Shown: piece after piece, positions 44,954-50,264 of the stretch
How the letters are laid out: every line of letters begins with the position of its first letter
How positions within the stretch are numbered: the stretch's first letter is position 1
Assembly (NCBI GenBank): GCA_048884965.1
Contig: JBHLQH010000023.1
Coordinates: forward strand, 1-50,264
Direction: 5' to 3'
DNA: 50,264 nucleotides
Source of the DNA: Candidatus Thorarchaeota archaeon
GTDB taxonomy: Archaea; Asgardarchaeota; Thorarchaeia; Thorarchaeales; Thorarchaeaceae
Position numbers and translations under genes: made by a program
The notes under the pieces: model-generated
The model's input: the letters and a program-made list of their open reading frames with translations, nothing else
The model's database searches: none
What the model was told of the DNA's origin: nothing

Positions 44954-46555
44954 ATGATTCCAATAAAGGATGTAGCAGCAAAGGCTGGAATCTCTGAGAA
45001 ATATCTTGAGCTCTATGGAAACTATATGGCAAAGATCACTTTTGACATAAAGAGGGAACTAGGTGATAGGAAGGGCAAACTCATCCTAGTTACTGCAACG
45101 AACCCAACGCCTGCAGGTGAGGGAAAGACGACCAACTCAATAGGTCTCTCGATGGCTCTAAACGCACTTGGCTACAACGCTGTAGTGACTCTCAGACAGC
45201 CATCCCTAGGCCCTGTCTTTGGAGTGAAAGGTGGAGCTGCTGGAGGCGGAATGGCTCGTGTCGAGCCCTTTGAGAAGATCAATCTCCTCTTCACGTCAGA
45301 TTTTCCTGCTGTATCATCTGCCCACAACCTTCTTTCCGCTATGATTGACAACTACATCCAACAGGAGAAGGAGCCTGAGATTGATGTAAGACGAGTCTAT
45401 TGGCCACGAACGGTCGATATGAACGATCGCGCCCTCCGAAAGGTCATCGTTGGATTGGGCGGAAGATTTGATGGCTTCCCTCGCGAAGACAGCTACGTGA
45501 TAACTGCGGCATCTGAGGTTATGGCGATCCTAGCCCTTGCTAAGGATTATCGAGATTTGAAGAAACGACTTGGAGATATTCTAATAGCAAGAACTCACGA
45601 CCTGAAGGAGATGTATGCACGTGATTTGAAGGCAGAAGGTGCAATGGCCGTCCTGTTGCGAGATGCACTAAAGCCCAATCTTGTTCAGACATCTGAGGGA
45701 ACCCCAGCCATAATTCATGCAGGTCCCTTTGCAAATATCGCACACGGGACAAGCTCAGTAATAGCTACTGACCTCGCCTTGAGGATATTCGATTATGTGG
45801 TGATAGAAGCTGGATTCGGCGCTGATTTGGGTGCAGAGAAGTTCTTCAATATCGTAACTCGAGTAGGTAACTTTCCAGTTGACGCGACCGTGGTTGTCAC
45901 GACAATCCGTGCTCTGAAGTATCATGGTTCTGATGACCTTGTTGCTGGTTTCCCGAACTTGGAAAAGCATATGGAGAACATCAGTAACTTTGGCGTTCCT
46001 GCAGTTGTTGCGCTCAACAGATTCCCTGATGATACTGAAGAGGAAATAGAAACTCTCAGACGTTTTTGTAATGAACGTGGTTGGCGACTTGAGGTTTCCG
46101 AGGTCTTCGCAAAGGGAGGTGAAGGTGGAAAAGCACTTGCTCAAGCAGTGATAGATCTGATCAATGAGCACCCGAATCCCAAGATCAAATATACATACGA
46201 TTTGAAAGAAAAACTGGAAACAAAAATCTGTAAGATCGCACAGAAAATATATGGATCACTTGATGTCGAGTATGGCTCTGGAGCACTAGGGATACTACGT
46301 TCCTTTGAGAAGCGTGGGTATGGAAAGTTGCCAGTATGTATTGCGAAGACACAATTCAGCCTATCCGATAACAAAGGTTTGCGGGGACGTCCTGCAGGTG
46401 ACAAGGCTGAAGTCATGGGTGCTTCTGTGAGCAACGGAGCTGGATTCGTTGTCATACAGATGGGCGATATCAATCTCATGCCTGGGTTGCCTGAGGTTCC
46501 TGCAGCGGAAGGCATGGATGTGGATGATGATGGCAACATCAGTGGAGTATTCTAG
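44954..46555 (+). CDS. fhs: Formate--tetrahydrofolate ligase
   Basis: TPAGEGKTT, GVKGGAAGGG, HAGPFANIAHG, EAGFGADLGAEKF, AKTQFSLSD, MPGLP. Confidence 0.97.
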   Translation: MIPIKDVAAKAGISEKYLELYGNYMAKITFDIKRELGDRKGKLILVTATNPTPAGEGKTTNSIGLSMALNALGYNAVVTLRQPSLGPVFGVKGGAAGGGMARVEPFEKINLLFTSDFPAVSSAHNLLSAMIDNYIQQEKEPEIDVRRVYWPRTVDMNDRALRKVIVGLGGRFDGFPREDSYVITAASEVMAILALAKDYRDLKKRLGDILIARTHDLKEMYARDLKAEGAMAVLLRDALKPNLVQTSEGTPAIIHAGPFANIAHGTSSVIATDLALRIFDYVVIEAGFGADLGAEKFFNIVTRVGNFPVDATVVVTTIRALKYHGSDDLVAGFPNLEKHMENISNFGVPAVVALNRFPDDTEEEIETLRRFCNERGWRLEVSEVFAKGGEGGKALAQAVIDLINEHPNPKIKYTYDLKEKLETKICKIAQKIYGSLDVEYGSGALGILRSFEKRGYGKLPVCIAKTQFSLSDNKGLRGRPAGDKAEVMGASVSNGAGFVVIQMGDINLMPGLPEVPAAEGMDVDDDGNISGVF

Positions 46556-46571
46556 GGGCTAGGTGAATAGT

Positions 46572-47459
46572 ATGAGTGATGATGATTCAAAGCCAGTCTT
46601 AGAGGATCACGTGATTATGGGCAAACGACTGTCAAGCCAGATACGAAAGGAGATACAATCCGAAGTTGAGGCTTTGGTTGCGAAGTTCAATCTCTCTCCA
46701 AAATTAGTAACGATCATAGTTGGCGAGGATCCGGGCTCACAGATGTATGTGCGCATGAAACGCAAAGCCTGCGAGAAAGCTGGTATACTTTCCGATCACT
46801 ATGATCTCTCAGAAGGCACGACTCAGCAAGAACTCTTGGTCCTACTGGATAAGCTCAACAAGGACAGGACAGTACATGGTATTCTTGTTCAATTGCCCTT
46901 GCCAAAGCATATCGATGAGAAGACTATCATTGGTGCTCTCGACCCTCTGAAGGACGTTGATGGATTCTCCCCCATGAACGTCTATCGTCTATTCTATGGT
47001 GGTGAGAAGCTCAGCGCTGCAACTCCGCATGGAATCGTCACCATGCTAGATTCGATTGGGATGAAAGACCTCTCTGGCAAGCATGCAGTCATCATCAACC
47101 GTTCTAATATCGTTGGTAAGCCACTCATCATGTTACTTCTGAATAGGAATGCGACTGTGACTGTTTGTCATTCTCGTACTGCTGATTTACCATCATGGAC
47201 CAAGAAGGCTGATGTTCTCGTTACTGCGATAGGTCGCAGAACCTCTGAGAATGATCCCTTCTACATCACTGCAGATATGATTAAGGAAGGTGCTGTTGTG
47301 ATTGATGTATCCACTCCTCATGGCGACGTTGACTTCGAGAGTGTGAAGACCAAGGCCGCAGCTATCACTCCTGTTCCGGGTGGGGTCGGACCAATGACCA
47401 TTACAATGCTTTTGCGCAATGTTCTAGATGCCTACACAGCTCAAATTTCAGTGACTTAG
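46572..47459 (+). CDS. folD: Bifunctional methylene-THF dehydrogenase / methenyl-THF cyclohydrolase
   Basis: YVRMK (YxxxK), HGILVQLPLP, KDVDG, RSNIVGKP, TPVPGGVGPMT. Confidence 0.96.
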   Translation: MSDDDSKPVLEDHVIMGKRLSSQIRKEIQSEVEALVAKFNLSPKLVTIIVGEDPGSQMYVRMKRKACEKAGILSDHYDLSEGTTQQELLVLLDKLNKDRTVHGILVQLPLPKHIDEKTIIGALDPLKDVDGFSPMNVYRLFYGGEKLSAATPHGIVTMLDSIGMKDLSGKHAVIINRSNIVGKPLIMLLLNRNATVTVCHSRTADLPSWTKKADVLVTAIGRRTSENDPFYITADMIKEGAVVIDVSTPHGDVDFESVKTKAAAITPVPGGVGPMTITMLLRNVLDAYTAQISVT

Positions 47460-47545
47460 ACTCTCAGATATCATAGCGAATTGAAAAACAAAGAAAGTAT
47501 GATGGTAGATTGCACAACCATCATACTCTATTGATTCGATGATTC

Positions 47546-48370
47546 TCAGAATGGTGCGAATATGCCAGCAAATACAATCCATGCTAGTAGAGTCTTTGCA
47601 ATTAGACTCAGTACGATGTACATTCGTTCTCCATAAAGATAGTCTTTCCACTTGCTGACTTTCTTGTACTGAAGTAATTGGTTCAATGCAAATATGTTGA
47701 AGAGGATCAGATACATGAAGATGATAATGTACACAAAGGTCGGCGGATTTGTTTCAGCTGCACTAATTGCCGCAGCAAAATAACCGAACAGCACAACCCA
47801 TGGTGTCGCTCCTGAAATACATCCTAGGATGAATGGCTTCCATGTTGTTTTCTCAGTATATTGGTTAATGTCTTCCATGAGATATCCAAACATGATCATC
47901 ATAGCATTAAGGACAACAATCATGACCAATGACCAAATATCCCAGACCCCCAATAGGAATGTGATTAGGAATATCATTACTGAACTCGATACAGAATACT
48001 CATACCATCTGAAGGGATTCATTCCTTTCTGCAGGTTCTCAACATATCTATTGTTCAACGGAAATGCAATGAGAAAATGAGCGAATGCTGACATCAAGGG
48101 GAATGAAGCCAAGATGACTCCTATATAGGAGAGAGTGAACAACACTGTAGGTGTGGGCTGGACAATGAAGAACGGGTCTTCCGGAAGTATCTGAAAATCC
48201 AGATATATAGTGTAGACATCCTGAGACCATTCCAAGCTTAGGCCTAGGAATAGCATCAGAATTCCAGTGATTAGATGAAGAATCCCCGCGTAAATATTGA
48301 ACTTCTTAAGGTAGGCAAAGGAAATCGGCGAATTACTTGTGGGGAATGCCTCTACTTTTTCTGTATTCAT
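47546..48370 (-). CDS. Heliorhodopsin
   Basis: 7 TM; His in TM1 (GILH) and TM2 (AFAH), NPFRWYEYS (counterion Glu), YLYGE..YIVLSLIAK (retinal Lys). Confidence 0.95.
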   Translation of the reverse strand: MNTEKVEAFPTSNSPISFAYLKKFNIYAGILHLITGILMLFLGLSLEWSQDVYTIYLDFQILPEDPFFIVQPTPTVLFTLSYIGVILASFPLMSAFAHFLIAFPLNNRYVENLQKGMNPFRWYEYSVSSSVMIFLITFLLGVWDIWSLVMIVVLNAMMIMFGYLMEDINQYTEKTTWKPFILGCISGATPWVVLFGYFAAAISAAETNPPTFVYIIIFMYLILFNIFALNQLLQYKKVSKWKDYLYGERMYIVLSLIAKTLLAWIVFAGIFAPF

Positions 48371-48554
48371 TTTAATCGAAAAACATACGGAATCTTTGAT
48401 ATTAATCTATGCAATAATTGGTTTCATCTGGGATGCTTGGGCGAATGATATAGTTGAAACCTCATTCTTTACTAATATAAATCGGAAAGGAAAACCACTT
48501 TAGTACACGCGATTGTTGAGATATGATATCTATCTCTTAAAGGAGTTCTCGCAC

Positions 48555-50024
48555 ATGACACTTATGACTGGTGATGAGTATCTAGAGAGTCTCAGGAAAA
48601 GAAATCCTCTGAATATATACATGCTAGGTGAGAAAATCGAGAATCCTGTTGATCATCCCATTATACGAGCATCAATTAATTCTGTTGCCTTAACATATGA
48701 TTTAGCTCAGAATGAGAAATACCGCGAGATAATGACTACAAAATCCTCTGTCACTGGCGCTAGGATCAATAGGTTCTGTCACCTGCATCAAAGCACTGAG
48801 GATCTTCAAGACAAGGTCAAAATGCAAAGAATACTTGGACAGAAATCCGGCACTTGCTTTCAGCGATGTGTTGGGATGGACGCGCTTAATGCTGTCTTTC
48901 TTACAACATATGAGATTGATGAGAAACATGGAACCGACTATCATAGGCGATTTGTGGAGTATGTCAAAACTGCTGAAGAGAGAGATTGGGTTATCGATGG
49001 ATGTATGACTGATCCGAAAGGTGATAGAAGCAAGAGACCCTCTGAACAGAAGGATCCTGATGTCTATGTTCATGTTGTTGAGCGACGAGAGGATGGTGTA
49101 GTCATTCGAGGAGCTAAGGCACATCAGACTGGAGCCGTGAACTCACATGAGCATCTGATAATGCCTACGCTAGCGATGAGAAATGAAGACAAGGACTTCA
49201 CTATCTGCTGTGCTGTCCCTGCTGATGCCCCAGGTATAACCTATTATTATGGGCGGCAATCATGTGACCTCCGTCGTATGGATGAAAGCGCCGGTGGAAA
49301 CATCGATTGCGGCAATCCAGTATATGGTGGGCAGGAATGCTTGCTCGTTTTTGATAACGTCTTTGTTCCAACAGAGAGAATCTTCATGAACGGCGAAACT
49401 GACTTCTGTAGTCGTCTAGTGGACACATTTGCAGCATATCATCGCCAGAGTTATGGTGGCTGTAAGGTTGGCGTTGGCGATGTCCTAATCGGCGCTGCGG
49501 CGAGCATCGCAGAGTATAATGGTGTGGAAGGTGCATCGCATATCAAGGATAAGATAACCGAGATGACGCATCTCAATGAGACCCTCTACTCCTGTGGCAT
49601 CGCATGTTCTGCTGCAGGGCAGAAGACTCCAGCTGGCAACTATCTCGTAGATATTCTACTTGCCAATATCTGCAAGCAGAATGTCACGCGGTTTCCATAT
49701 GAAATTGCACGACTCCTTCAGGATATAGCAGGAGGCCTCTTCGTGACATGTCCGAGCGCAAAGGAGATGGAGAATCCTGAAACGCGTCACATCATTGAGA
49801 AGTATCTTGCTGGGACTACAGATGTAGACACTGAAGATAGGATCAAGATGCTTCGCTTGATAGAGAACCTTACACTTGGTAGAGCGGCTGTAGGGTACTT
49901 GACTGAATCAATGCATGGTGCTGGGTCTCCACAAGCTCAGAGAATCATGATAAGTAGGATGTCAAACATCGAAGAAAAGAAGAAATTCGCAAAGGAACTT
50001 GCTCGAATCTCCAGTTCGAAATAA
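48555..50024 (+). CDS. abfD: 4-hydroxybutyryl-CoA dehydratase / vinylacetyl-CoA isomerase
   Basis: CFQRCVGMD and HRQSYGGCK ([4Fe-4S] ligands Cys, Cys, His, Cys), MTDPKGDRS, GAKAHQTG, ESMHGAGSPQAQ. Confidence 0.92.
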   Translation: MTLMTGDEYLESLRKRNPLNIYMLGEKIENPVDHPIIRASINSVALTYDLAQNEKYREIMTTKSSVTGARINRFCHLHQSTEDLQDKVKMQRILGQKSGTCFQRCVGMDALNAVFLTTYEIDEKHGTDYHRRFVEYVKTAEERDWVIDGCMTDPKGDRSKRPSEQKDPDVYVHVVERREDGVVIRGAKAHQTGAVNSHEHLIMPTLAMRNEDKDFTICCAVPADAPGITYYYGRQSCDLRRMDESAGGNIDCGNPVYGGQECLLVFDNVFVPTERIFMNGETDFCSRLVDTFAAYHRQSYGGCKVGVGDVLIGAAASIAEYNGVEGASHIKDKITEMTHLNETLYSCGIACSAAGQKTPAGNYLVDILLANICKQNVTRFPYEIARLLQDIAGGLFVTCPSAKEMENPETRHIIEKYLAGTTDVDTEDRIKMLRLIENLTLGRAAVGYLTESMHGAGSPQAQRIMISRMSNIEEKKKFAKELARISSSK

Positions 50025-50076
50025 CAATGACTCATCCCAAACCCTTTTCAATACGGAACGTTCCGAGCGCAGCTCG

Positions 50077-50264
50077 GTGGGTCTATTGAAGATCATTGAG
50101 TGTGTACCTAATTTCTCAGAAGGTCGTGATAAGAAGATCATTGACGCGTTGTCTGATGCGGTCAAGAGCGTTGAAGGCGTCAGACTTCTTGATGTCGAGT
50201 TTGATCCTGATCACAATCGGTCTGTCTTCACGTTCATTGGTGAACCTCAGAAAGTGAAGGAAGC
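50077..50264 (+). CDS. ftcD: Glutamate formiminotransferase (FtcD family), N-terminal fragment
   Basis: Hand translation gives LKIIECVPNFSEGRD...LLDVEFDPDHNRSVFT. Start is GTG 50077 or TTG 50086; runs off the window end. Confidence 0.9.
   Translation, partial: MGLLKIIECVPNFSEGRDKKIIDALSDAVKSVEGVRLLDVEFDPDHNRSVFTFIGEPQKVKE

Noticed and set aside
44954-47459. Complete Wood-Ljungdahl pathway
   Set aside because: Only fhs and folD are present; with ftcD nearby they are equally explained by folate C1 interconversion or histidine catabolism.
48555-50024. Autotrophic 3HP/4HB or DC/4HB cycle, or 4-hydroxyphenylacetate 3-hydroxylase
   Set aside because: The Fe-S ligands identify AbfD rather than HpaB. 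AbfD alone is common in fermenters, and no other cycle genes are in the window.
619-50165. Numerous 60-180 aa ORFs nested in or antisense to the called genes
   Set aside because: No recognisable motifs and largely or fully overlapping well-supported CDSs; treated as shadow ORFs.
1-50264. CRISPR array, rRNA, tRNA, transposase/integrase, or selenocysteine read-through
   Set aside because: No spaced direct repeats, T-loop/cloverleaf or mobile-element ORFs seen by eye. Intergenic gaps are short and no gene looks split at a TGA. A tRNAscan/Infernal run would be needed to exclude small RNAs.

Overview
Gene-dense archaeal chromosomal window, most likely an Asgard archaeon (Thorarchaeota-like). The assignment is inferred from a Rab-like small GTPase with no prenylation tail, A/V-type ATPase subunits, TrmI, a heliorhodopsin, a form IV RuBisCO-like protein and several alpha-solenoid proteins. 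In order, the window holds: the C-terminus of a peptide deformylase; a UPF0182 membrane protein; an NDP-sugar epimerase; a TPR plus HEAT gene pair; an FGGY kinase and a LarA-family protein; a scrambled partial A-type ATP synthase cluster (C, K, E, G/H, I, plus an AtpZ/AtpI-like gene); trmI; a HerA-like ATPase; a Nudix hydrolase; pyrF; an aminotransferase; a complete bacillithiol cluster (bshC, bshA, bshB); glmM; the Rab-like GTPase; NAD kinase-like, DUF62, ArsR and ogt genes; a second FGGY kinase; the RuBisCO-like protein; a secreted DJ-1/PfpI protein; fhs-folD; heliorhodopsin; 4-hydroxybutyryl-CoA dehydratase; and the start of a glutamate formiminotransferase. The most striking candidate novelty is a 135-aa protein (32617..33024, minus strand). 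It has an acidic-Trp N-terminus, a coiled coil resembling the WAVE/WASH homology domain, a Pro/Ala linker and a C-terminal helix resembling the VASP FAB / WASH 'C' actin-binding motif, so it may be a minimal archaeal WASP-family or VASP-like actin regulator. No rRNA, tRNA, CRISPR array or mobile element was recognised. All family calls are by-eye motif recognition; no searches were run.
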